DNA of 64,000 bases, from positions 122,543-186,542 of IMG/VR virus record IMGVR_UViG_3300023184_000029; one strand, written 5' to 3'. A program made the position numbers and the translations under genes. The stretch's first letter is position 1. Each line of letters opens with the position of its first letter. This stretch comes from a virus. The notes beneath the pieces are model-generated. The model was not told the DNA's origin. It did no database searches and saw only the letters and a list, made by a program, of their open reading frames with translations. Below, in pieces: positions 47,427 to 55,800 of this stretch.

Positions 47427-48091
47427 ACGAATAATTTTGCTTTTGGTATATCTTTTAAACTAGATATTTTTAGTATATTTTTTTTATCTACAAAAACTTT
47501 ATCAAAACTTAAATTCTCATTCAATAAAATATTTATTGTTTCAAAAAGATAATTTTGATTTAGATTTTTTTTATCGGACAGATGCTGTAATCTACTCATT
47601 GTTTCTTCATTGAAATAAACACACTCGCTCCAGACTATAGGAAAATCATAAAATAAATATTGTATGCTTTCAGTATCATGACAACCTATGTTGAAATTAT
47701 TTTTAGGCTTGTCAATCATATATATTTTAGAATGATTGTTTTGTTCGCAACGATGAAAGAGATTCTTAAATAAAACACCACTACTTATAATCAGTATATT
47801 TTTAGGTTTGTTTTGTTGCAGATATAGGAGCAGGGAGGCTGTCTGGTTGGTAGTTTTGTATTCTTCGTTGAATATAATATTAATATTACTATACTTGTTT
47901 GTGTTTTTTTTAATTTTTTCTGATTCAAATCCTGTGCCGATATGAATAGTGTCAAGCCCTTTGATAGTATTAAGTTGCATTATCTGATAATCTAAAACGG
48001 CTGAAGACTGTTTAATTTTTAGTAAGGCTTTAGATCCTATGGATTTCATTCCTCTAGTGATTTCTGGAACCAAAATAAAAGCATCAAACAT
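47423..48091 (-). CDS. LicC/sugar-phosphate nucleotidyltransferase-like protein with degenerate signature
   Basis: AFIL....TRGMKSIGSKALL...VLDYQI...IGTGFESEKI...FNEEYKTTNQTASL follows the NTP_transferase/LicC pattern, but AAGxGxR is replaced by VPEITRG. Confidence 0.65.
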   Translation of the reverse strand: MFDAFILVPEITRGMKSIGSKALLKIKQSSAVLDYQIMQLNTIKGLDTIHIGTGFESEKIKKNTNKYSNINIIFNEEYKTTNQTASLLLYLQQNKPKNILIISSGVLFKNLFHRCEQNNHSKIYMIDKPKNNFNIGCHDTESIQYLFYDFPIVWSECVYFNEETMSRLQHLSDKKNLNQNYLFETINILLNENLSFDKVFVDKKNILKISSLKDIPKAKLFV

Positions 48092-48827
48092 AATATTCTA
48101 CTTTACAGTTTGTGTTGTTAAATATTTCTGAAAAATATTCAGATTCCAAATACGGTCTTAGGAATACATAATTTTCAAATGGCACAAAAACTCCATTTAT
48201 CTCGCCTTGTTTTTTGGCTAATATACTAAAAGATTTTTGTTCTATATTGACTATAGTATTTATTCTCATTATATATTGCTCTAAATTATCAGCTTCTTCA
48301 CTATTAAAAAAAATAAAATAATGACTATTATTAGCTTTTTTGTTGGTGTCTAGTATATTAGATATTAATAAGCTTTCATGGTTTACTTCGATGAAATTAT
48401 GAATTTTCCACTTGATATTTTTGTCTAGTTTATTTTCTAGTGTTTTTATAAGAGCTTTTGTGTGGCTGTACTCGCATAAAGCAAAAGATATATATACTGG
48501 TTTTACAGTTAATTTATTAATAGTGTCGCAAAGTTCTTCTATATTATCTTCATTCTTTATTTTTAGAATCAAATAGTATTTTATCCCACTTCTATCACTA
48601 AGCAGTTGTACCATATCTACAGTATTTAATTCTTCTTTATGTTCCTCGTATATTTTTTTACTAAAAGCGAATCTACAAACATAATCGTCTATATAATAAT
48701 AATGATTTCTAATAGATATCGGCTTAGAGTCTTGTACAAGATCCGGAATACCTAGCGAGCAGGGCTTATTGCCGCTCTCTACTGGTTGAGCAAAAATGCA
48801 GTCTTGACAGTTTGTACTGATACTCAT
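48084..48827 (-). CDS. Hypothetical protein with N-terminal Cys cluster (possibly degenerate GT-A-like)
   Basis: CQDC...C...C at the N-terminus. The GT-A resemblance is weak. Confidence 0.5.
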   Translation of the reverse strand: MSISTNCQDCIFAQPVESGNKPCSLGIPDLVQDSKPISIRNHYYYIDDYVCRFAFSKKIYEEHKEELNTVDMVQLLSDRSGIKYYLILKIKNEDNIEELCDTINKLTVKPVYISFALCEYSHTKALIKTLENKLDKNIKWKIHNFIEVNHESLLISNILDTNKKANNSHYFIFFNSEEADNLEQYIMRINTIVNIEQKSFSILAKKQGEINGVFVPFENYVFLRPYLESEYFSEIFNNTNCKVEYYV

Positions 48828-49255
48828 AGCTGTATTCTTTCTATGGTTATGATAGAATTATATTTGTTTTTATCTATTTTTGCAATTCTAAATAGTCTAT
48901 TGTCTAGTATACTTTCTATTGTTTTAAAAGATAAAATATTTTTTATAGTATGAATATATTTCATTGTTTCTTTGTCTGTTAATATCTTATTGAGATAGTC
49001 ATAGCAGAGGCTGTTGAAATCTATAAATGATATAATTATTTCCCCACCCATGGTAAGCTTTGTCATTATTTCTGTCAAAAGCTTATTAACTTTATTCTCT
49101 TCTATCTTTTGTGCGTCTTGAAGCAAAATTTTATTTATAGAATAGTTAGGTACTACTGAAATATTATCAATATGTATATTATTCAATTCTTGATTTTGAT
49201 CTGGTTCTATATCTATATAAATATTAATAATTCTACTCATATGTAAGGTCTCCAT
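48824..49255 (-). CDS. Degenerate class I methyltransferase-like protein
   Basis: LLTEIMTKLTMGGEIIISFID resembles 'l.E..RvLkpGG.l.i..pD'. No SAM-binding GxG motif is visible. Confidence 0.45.
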   Translation of the reverse strand: METLHMSRIINIYIDIEPDQNQELNNIHIDNISVVPNYSINKILLQDAQKIEENKVNKLLTEIMTKLTMGGEIIISFIDFNSLCYDYLNKILTDKETMKYIHTIKNILSFKTIESILDNRLFRIAKIDKNKYNSIITIERIQL

Positions 49256-50115
49256 ATTTTCTGTTCTATTAATTCTATTAAATTATTAGTAAATAATCTA
49301 TAATTATGTTCTTTTTTAAGTGTTTCTATAATAGCTAATCTATTATTGATATTATAATCCTGAATAGATGTCTTTGCTATAGATATAATTTCTTCCGGCT
49401 TATTGATCTCTATACTATCTCCGTAAGATATTCCATTAGCGGTAATAGCTATGCAACCACTTAGAAGTCCACACAAAATATTAATATCTAATTTAGTATC
49501 TATTATAACTTTATATTCATTTAATTTGCTTAGTATACTACTTATAGTAGAGTATTGATTTATAGATGAAATAATTTCTGCTTCTGGAATATGTGTTTTT
49601 ATATATGAAAAAAGCCTGTTTGTTTGGTCGTCATTATTAAGATTAACAAATACTATAGGTTTCCTATCTCCTAGATTTAATTCGTGTTCAGGAATACCAT
49701 ACGGGATGTTATATAGTATTGAATGAGAACTATTCTCAAAATAACTTTTTGTTCTATTGTTAGTTGATACAATAGGCGTTCTCTTTAGTTGTTCTAATAT
49801 AAGATATTTATCTTCTTTTTTTATAGATAATGATAGAGGCTCGTGGGCAAAGATACAATCTATTAAATGGTATTCTTTAATAGTTTTTATTTTGTCGATA
49901 TGTTCTAATAGTGTGTTAGTAGCGTATATATGATAATCTAAAAAATAATTAATATCCTGGTCAGTATCTATATTTTTAATACTAAGTCTAGAAATATCTT
50001 CTAAACACATATCAAAAATACTATTATGCTTTGAATATAGAATGTCTATACTTTTAGTATCAGATAAGTGTTGACTATTTTTAATTAAATTATAAATTGG
50101 AAAATGAATACTCAT
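49237..50115 (-). CDS. Degenerate GT4-like glycosyltransferase
   Basis: IPYGI linker, a GLLSGCIAIT segment at the EA..G position, and a C-terminal helix typical of GT-B. Confidence 0.5.
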   Translation of the reverse strand: MSIHFPIYNLIKNSQHLSDTKSIDILYSKHNSIFDMCLEDISRLSIKNIDTDQDINYFLDYHIYATNTLLEHIDKIKTIKEYHLIDCIFAHEPLSLSIKKEDKYLILEQLKRTPIVSTNNRTKSYFENSSHSILYNIPYGIPEHELNLGDRKPIVFVNLNNDDQTNRLFSYIKTHIPEAEIISSINQYSTISSILSKLNEYKVIIDTKLDINILCGLLSGCIAITANGISYGDSIEINKPEEIISIAKTSIQDYNINNRLAIIETLKKEHNYRLFTNNLIELIEQKIWRPYI

Positions 50116-51116
50116 AATATAGAAAGCAAGTCCACTCTAGTTTTTTGTTTATTATATATCATATTTTGATTACTAACCCTATCCACCATTTTTCTAGACA
50201 AGCTGTCCACACAGATATCTTCATAAGTATCGGACGGATAGTAATCTGAATCCCCGTAATATGGGGTTGTTGTACTATTAAGTTGCGACCGACTAATTAT
50301 ATTAGATTCATATATGCTAGCATACTGCTCATCTATAAATGGATAAAAATCATCATTTAGAGCCAAATATGTGTTACCTGTATTGTGTAGAATCTCGATC
50401 TCCGTATAATCTATAGGTCTCTGAATAAATAATATCTGGTCTATACCACTATTAATTTTCATTTTTTTCTTAGTATTTTCATAATACTCAAACAGACGAT
50501 TTTTTTCTGGTTCTGTCAAAGCAACCCATAGAATCAAACATATATTATTATTCGTTCTAAATGTACTTAAAAAAGAAATAATAATTTTATGTACTATATC
50601 AATATTTTTTTTATATTCTCCGATAAAATAAAACTTATACATATTGTTATATATGCCAATATTTAGTTTTTTATTTTTTGTATCTGGATTTACAGAAAAA
50701 GGAATTCGAAATAGTGATACTTTTTTGGGATCTACGCCGCAGGATAATATCTTATCAGAATCAATAGGATTATTACATAGTATCTTATCGGCTTTTTGTA
50801 AAATACTCTTATGTATTGAATTAATATTTTTTTTATGATCTAAAATTGGTATTATTATATTTTTAGAAAATTTAGGGTTATATACCAGCATATTAAGTGG
50901 TAAATTTTGTATAAAAATCTCTGTTTGATCTAAGTTTCTGTTGTGAGATTTAGACGGAGGTAACAGAGGGTCCACGAGTCCCCTCTCTAATATAATGGGC
51001 CTAGAAACTATTTGATTTTTAAATTTTTCTGACAACTCTATATATTCTAGATATGATCTAGATGTTAGACCAATATTATCTGGTTGAGTGGTTGGTCCTA
51101 TAAATAATGTATTCAT
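50112..51116 (-). CDS. GT4-like glycosyltransferase (degenerate)
   Basis: MNTLFIGP...GLTSRSY; YKFYFIGEYKKNIDIVHKIIISFLSTF...NICLIL. The EGFG motif is not conserved. Confidence 0.55.
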   Translation of the reverse strand: MNTLFIGPTTQPDNIGLTSRSYLEYIELSEKFKNQIVSRPIILERGLVDPLLPPSKSHNRNLDQTEIFIQNLPLNMLVYNPKFSKNIIIPILDHKKNINSIHKSILQKADKILCNNPIDSDKILSCGVDPKKVSLFRIPFSVNPDTKNKKLNIGIYNNMYKFYFIGEYKKNIDIVHKIIISFLSTFRTNNNICLILWVALTEPEKNRLFEYYENTKKKMKINSGIDQILFIQRPIDYTEIEILHNTGNTYLALNDDFYPFIDEQYASIYESNIISRSQLNSTTTPYYGDSDYYPSDTYEDICVDSLSRKMVDRVSNQNMIYNKQKTRVDLLSIL

Positions 51117-52780
51117 TGTAATTGTTTAATTTTTGCATACCGTATAAAGTCTTCTGTATCAAAAGAAATATTTTCTTCTCTAACAGATGTTGCCCTATTA
51201 TTATTGTCTATCAATATATTAATATGTTCATATATATCTGTAAATTTATATGGTTGTATACTAGTAACATTCTGAACAAATCCGTAGTCTGCATTTTTGA
51301 GTAATTCTAGATATTTTAAAGACCCAATATTATCAGAATCGTGAAGTTTATTACTCACTATCTCAAATAAACTATTAAAATAATTAGACTGATCTATTGG
51401 CTTTTTATCTATAATAGATTCTAATATTTCGCTTCTACTATTCCACTTATATTTTTGTTGTGATAGATCTAAATTATCTAAATATTTTTCCCATTTTTGA
51501 GCTATTATATCCCAATTATAATTTTTTTCGGTAGCAATTCTTGTTTCTATTTTCTTTTTATTCTGTATAGAAATAGGCAAGTTCATAAAATCTAAAACGT
51601 GCTTGATCATATCATCATTATTAGGATATGCTCTTAAGGCTTTAGTCTCTAACTCTGTGAATAGTGTTTGAGTTCTTACTTTCATAGCCCCTAACTTATC
51701 TATAATATCGCACATGGCGCTATAATCGATAGTGATTACGGGTATCCCACAGGCTCCTGCCTCAACTTGTGGCATACCAAACCCTTCACAAATAGCATAT
51801 TGAACATATAAATCAAAATTATTATAAATCTGAGATAGTTGTACAGTGCTTACTCCGTGGGTAACAGAGGGCAGAAAGCTTGTTTTCTGAAAACATTGTT
51901 TACAAATTTTATTAGGAGACTGGAATACGCTGCATTCCAAATTTTGACAATTACGACAAATATAAGAGAATAAAACTTTATTCGATAGTCTATATTCTTT
52001 AAGCAGCTCTGGTATATCCCAGCCAGCATCTGGATAGCTTGTGTGTAGGTATAAAAATGTTCGTGCTCCAGAAGCATAGTCTTTAGTTTCTAAAATATCC
52101 AGCAGTTTTCTGAAACTACTAAATAGTTCTGGAATTAGTTTTCTTTTTTGATTTCTCATAACAGAACCTATCACAAAAGCATCTGTTGGGAGATTAAATT
52201 TTTGTCTAATCTGATTCTTGTCTTGTATATTAAACGTATCGAGATCAACGCCGGGAGAGGCCGTATCTATATAATTGATTCTGCTTGAGGTTTGATATTT
52301 CAGTACTTCCGCACCCCAATCAGAATAAGTGAATATTGCATCAGCATCCAAGAATGTTTCTATCCATTCCTCTTGTTGTGGTTTAGAATCTACCGTTGGC
52401 ATTAAAACCCAATGAAAATACTTCCTAACAGGAGATATTTTTTGATAAGCTGTCATCCAGTAGTCTCTAACATCTATCACAACATCTGGTTTGAAATCTA
52501 GAACAACTTTTTCGAATCTCCAGCGACCGAACTGATTATCTCCTCTAGACATATACTCAGCATATCTAGGATCCTCTGTTTTTACAGCATTAGCATAATA
52601 AATCCAATCTATTTCTTTATCTCTTGGATCATTAACAAAACCATATGAAGCAAATTCAGCAATAGTATATTTACCTGTCTTATGTAGCCTAGAAAGTATC
52701 TCTTTTGCATATACTCCGAATCCAGATTTTATAAAGCTGGCCTCAGAACACATCAATACTTTTAATTTTTCTTTTTGCAT
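51113..52780 (-). CDS. GT4-family glycosyltransferase (apparently intact)
   Basis: SGFGVY; FVIGSVMRNQKRK; YNNFDLYVQYAICEGFGMPQVEAGACGIPVI. Confidence 0.88.
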   Translation of the reverse strand: MQKEKLKVLMCSEASFIKSGFGVYAKEILSRLHKTGKYTIAEFASYGFVNDPRDKEIDWIYYANAVKTEDPRYAEYMSRGDNQFGRWRFEKVVLDFKPDVVIDVRDYWMTAYQKISPVRKYFHWVLMPTVDSKPQQEEWIETFLDADAIFTYSDWGAEVLKYQTSSRINYIDTASPGVDLDTFNIQDKNQIRQKFNLPTDAFVIGSVMRNQKRKLIPELFSSFRKLLDILETKDYASGARTFLYLHTSYPDAGWDIPELLKEYRLSNKVLFSYICRNCQNLECSVFQSPNKICKQCFQKTSFLPSVTHGVSTVQLSQIYNNFDLYVQYAICEGFGMPQVEAGACGIPVITIDYSAMCDIIDKLGAMKVRTQTLFTELETKALRAYPNNDDMIKHVLDFMNLPISIQNKKKIETRIATEKNYNWDIIAQKWEKYLDNLDLSQQKYKWNSRSEILESIIDKKPIDQSNYFNSLFEIVSNKLHDSDNIGSLKYLELLKNADYGFVQNVTSIQPYKFTDIYEHINILIDNNNRATSVREENISFDTEDFIRYAKIKQLQ

Positions 52781-52786
52781 AAGATA

Positions 52787-52812
52787 TAAAAGAGGGGGCT
52801 TTCGCCCCCGTC
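52787..52812 (-). terminator. Rho-independent terminator after ssb
   Basis: The minus strand reads GGGGGC-GAAA-GCCCCC-TCTTTT (stem 52794-52809, GNRA loop). Confidence 0.85.
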
Positions 52813-52846
52813 TTTATTTTGATAAATTTATTTGAGAACAAAATTA

Positions 52847-53221
52847 TTAGAAAGCCACGCTCTCTGCTTCTTCATTTGTTTGCTTATTCCTAGAAAGCTT
52901 GGTGATTTTCGAGAAATTATTAACTCGAACTTTTAAGCTACTATGCTTAACGCCATCCTTTTCCCAGGTATCATTTCTGAGAGATCCCTCTACTAGAACC
53001 AAATCGCCCTTCTTGAAAGAAGAACCAATAATTTCAGCACCACTGTCCCAAGCTTCGCAATTAATGAAAGAGGTAATCTTATCCTTCTCTCCATTAGACT
53101 TGGTATACTCACGAGAAACAGCAATAGTAAAATTAACCACAGAAGTCTGCTTACCTCCTGTATTAACAACTCTTAGTTCTGCATCTCTGGCCAAATTACC
53201 TCTTAAAATAGCAATATTCAT
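52847..53221 (-). CDS. ssb: Single-stranded DNA-binding protein
   Basis: MNIAILRGNLARDAELR...VVNFTIAVSR...FINCEAW...KKGDLVLVEGSLRNDTWEKDG, an acidic tail ending AF, and an AAGGAG RBS. Confidence 0.95.
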   Translation of the reverse strand: MNIAILRGNLARDAELRVVNTGGKQTSVVNFTIAVSREYTKSNGEKDKITSFINCEAWDSGAEIIGSSFKKGDLVLVEGSLRNDTWEKDGVKHSSLKVRVNNFSKITKLSRNKQTNEEAESVAF

Positions 53222-53266
53222 ATCAATTCTCCTTAGTTAAAATAAACAAATCCAACGCAACACTCT

Positions 53267-53294
53267 ATGATATTTAAACGAGCAGTAATGTCAA
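53267..53294 (-). promoter_or_regulatory. Sigma70-type promoter upstream of ssb
   Basis: Minus strand: TTGACA (53294-53289), 16-bp spacer, TATCAT (53272-53267). Confidence 0.7.
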
Positions 53295-53314
53295 GACGGA
53301 GGCCCTTTTTATTT

Positions 53315-54940
53315 TTAGGATATGGGCTCAAAGCATTTATCAACAATCAATCCGTCTTTACTCTTCGCTCTATTTCCTGTAAAAATGAGAATATTTCCTT
53401 CAAATATATGGGTTTTATATTTAGTCCATTGCTCTGGGAAAAATATTACTGAATCTAGTATGCCTGTTTGATCTTCTATACTAACAAAAGCCATTTCTTG
53501 ACCAGGATTTTTACCGGTCTTGGTTTTAATAATATTAATACCAGTTATTTCTCCGGCAATTATAATTTTGGAAGATATTGAGGATGTTTTAAATGTTTTA
53601 CAGTCTGTGTTCGACATACTAATATCGTATGAATCAAGTTTAGAACAAGAAATAGAAACTCCCAGAAGACTACTTTCACTATCAGATAGCCATTCTATTT
53701 TATCTGTTAAAGAAAATGGAGGATTTTTAAGAGCATTAATACTATTTTGAATGACTTCTTGTCTTTTTTTTAAGATTTTAAAATTACTCAACATATATTC
53801 TAATATAAGTATTAAAGACTTAGAGTCCTTATTAAGGGATAGTGAGCTAATAAAATACTCTAGCTCTTTTTTTGTTAAGATAGCACATATCTCATATTCA
53901 AATAATAATTCTATTCTATTCTTCTTGAAATAATCAAAACAACCAGTAGATATCATGGCTTTAGCCGCCACAGAATTAATATTTAATAGTATATTATATA
54001 CAATCTCATACCAGGATAGTTCTTCGATTTTTTTATCTGCTGATAGATTTAATATTTTCTGGTATACAGATTGACCCACCCCTTTAATATCTGTCAAACC
54101 AAAATAAATGTCTTTGTTTTTCAATATAAAAAATTGATTTAGATTTCTGAAATCTGGATTCTTAACCAAGATATTCATTTCATTTGCATTTCTAACTAGT
54201 TCTTTTATTTCTTGCTGTGGGTCTATCTTATCTTTTGCAAATTTAAGATATGATGCAAAAAACACTCTGGGGAAATGAGATTTGGCATAAGCCGATAGAT
54301 ATGCATTGATAGCATAACTTACAGCATGGGATTTATTAAAACTATATCTTTGACTTTTTTCTATCCAGCTGAAAATCTCTTCTGCTTGTTCTAGTGTTAC
54401 TATTTGTTTTTCTTTGGTTCCTTCCAAAAATCTTTTTTTAACTTTGGCCATTTCTTCTGGCTTTTTCTTACCTATTGCCTTTCTCAACATATCTGCTTCT
54501 TGTAGATTGAAGCCAGCAACTGTTTGAGCAATTTGCATAGATTGTTCCTGATATATCATTTCTCCATATGTAGATTTTAAAGATTCCTCCAAAATAGGAT
54601 GAAAATAATCTACGCTCTCTAATCCATTCTTTTTGTCTATAAAATGATTGGATACAGATTTTCCTTCTCTAATAGCCTCTAAAGATCCTGGTCTCATAAT
54701 ACTAATCAGAGCCGATAATTGCTCAATATTTTCTGGTTTCAGTTTTTTGGCCATAGTCTGTCCAAGTCTAGATTCTAGTTGGAAACAGCCCTTAGTATTG
54801 CCAGAGGAAATAAGATCCCAGGTCTTAGAACAGAATAGGTTAATCTCTTCTATTTTAGGAGAAAAATTTATTCTAGTACTATTATTTTCTTTCAAGACAG
54901 GAAATTTACAACCACAGTTAAATGTCAAGTAATCAGGCAT
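53315..54940 (-). CDS. dnaE: DNA polymerase III alpha, C-terminal half (fingers/HhH/OB)
   Basis: GNTKGCFQLES; LKP...ISIMRPG; MIYQEQ; ADMLRKAIGKK; YSFNKSHAVSY; GLTDIKGVG; OB fold MAFVSIEDQTG. Confidence 0.93.
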   Translation of the reverse strand: MPDYLTFNCGCKFPVLKENNSTRINFSPKIEEINLFCSKTWDLISSGNTKGCFQLESRLGQTMAKKLKPENIEQLSALISIMRPGSLEAIREGKSVSNHFIDKKNGLESVDYFHPILEESLKSTYGEMIYQEQSMQIAQTVAGFNLQEADMLRKAIGKKKPEEMAKVKKRFLEGTKEKQIVTLEQAEEIFSWIEKSQRYSFNKSHAVSYAINAYLSAYAKSHFPRVFFASYLKFAKDKIDPQQEIKELVRNANEMNILVKNPDFRNLNQFFILKNKDIYFGLTDIKGVGQSVYQKILNLSADKKIEELSWYEIVYNILLNINSVAAKAMISTGCFDYFKKNRIELLFEYEICAILTKKELEYFISSLSLNKDSKSLILILEYMLSNFKILKKRQEVIQNSINALKNPPFSLTDKIEWLSDSESSLLGVSISCSKLDSYDISMSNTDCKTFKTSSISSKIIIAGEITGINIIKTKTGKNPGQEMAFVSIEDQTGILDSVIFFPEQWTKYKTHIFEGNILIFTGNRAKSKDGLIVDKCFEPIS

Positions 54941-55628
54941 TTAAAAAAGACCCTTTAAATTTAACTTTCTTAGATACATTGCGATGTAGTTTCAGGAATC
55001 TTATTAGAATTTCTGCTGTATCTTTAACATCTTTAAGAGCATCATGAGAACCTTCTTTGCTCAGACCTAAATATTCCCTTATATGATCTAATTGATAGTT
55101 TTTAATATCATTATTAGATTCAAACCAACAAAATACCATATTCATCACATCTAGAACATCTCTTGGATAAAAGAGACTAGACTTTCCTTCTTTATTCGTG
55201 TGATTATATCTGGTGCTCAATTTCTGAACAATAGGTAAATCAAATCTGTTAATATTATAGCCAGCAGCAATAGGAGCAGAAAAACACGACTTTTTAGATG
55301 TTCTGGTATGATACATTTCCAAATATTTAACGAACATATTCCATCCCTGTTCTTGTTTTTGATATTTTTTCCAAGAATCCAATATAGAAGCCTTAGAACA
55401 ATTTCTAACTTTTGCATGAAAATCTAGCACATCACTATCGTGATAGTCATAATTCTCGTCTTTCTCAAGGGCTTCTGGTTTAAGATTAATATTGAATTCG
55501 GAATCTTTGATAATTTCTAATTTAATAGGATCTACAATCAAAGAGGCTATCTGAACAGGACTACAAATATCTGGATTAGCACCATCAGTTTCTAGATCGA
55601 ACACACAAATTTTTTGGAAATTAGGCAT
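54933..55628 (-). CDS. DEDDh 3'-5' exonuclease (DnaQ/epsilon-like)
   Basis: VFDLETDG (ExoI), AGYNINRFD (ExoII), HDALKD (ExoIII). Confidence 0.9.
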   Translation of the reverse strand: MPNFQKICVFDLETDGANPDICSPVQIASLIVDPIKLEIIKDSEFNINLKPEALEKDENYDYHDSDVLDFHAKVRNCSKASILDSWKKYQKQEQGWNMFVKYLEMYHTRTSKKSCFSAPIAAGYNINRFDLPIVQKLSTRYNHTNKEGKSSLFYPRDVLDVMNMVFCWFESNNDIKNYQLDHIREYLGLSKEGSHDALKDVKDTAEILIRFLKLHRNVSKKVKFKGSFLNA

Positions 55629-55800
55629 TAACTGTCACCGTTGTTGAGTCTTGGAAAAATTTTCTATTATTAGGATCTCCCTTTATATGAGCATTGATAG
55701 ACTGACAGCAACTAATTCTAACTGTGTCTGTCTTAGTATACTCTATACCATCTGCAAAAAAATTAGCACCTACTGCAACCTCACTAAAGTTTTTATTCAT
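55621..55800 (-). CDS. Small hypothetical protein, 59 aa (missing from the ORF track)
   Basis: Translates as MNKNFSEVAVGANFFADGIEYTKTDTVRISCCQSINAHIKGDPNNRNFFQDSTTVTVNA. It fills the gap exactly, with 8-nt overlaps to both neighbours. Confidence 0.7.
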   Translation of the reverse strand: MNKNFSEVAVGANFFADGIEYTKTDTVRISCCQSINAHIKGDPNNRKFFQDSTTVTVNA

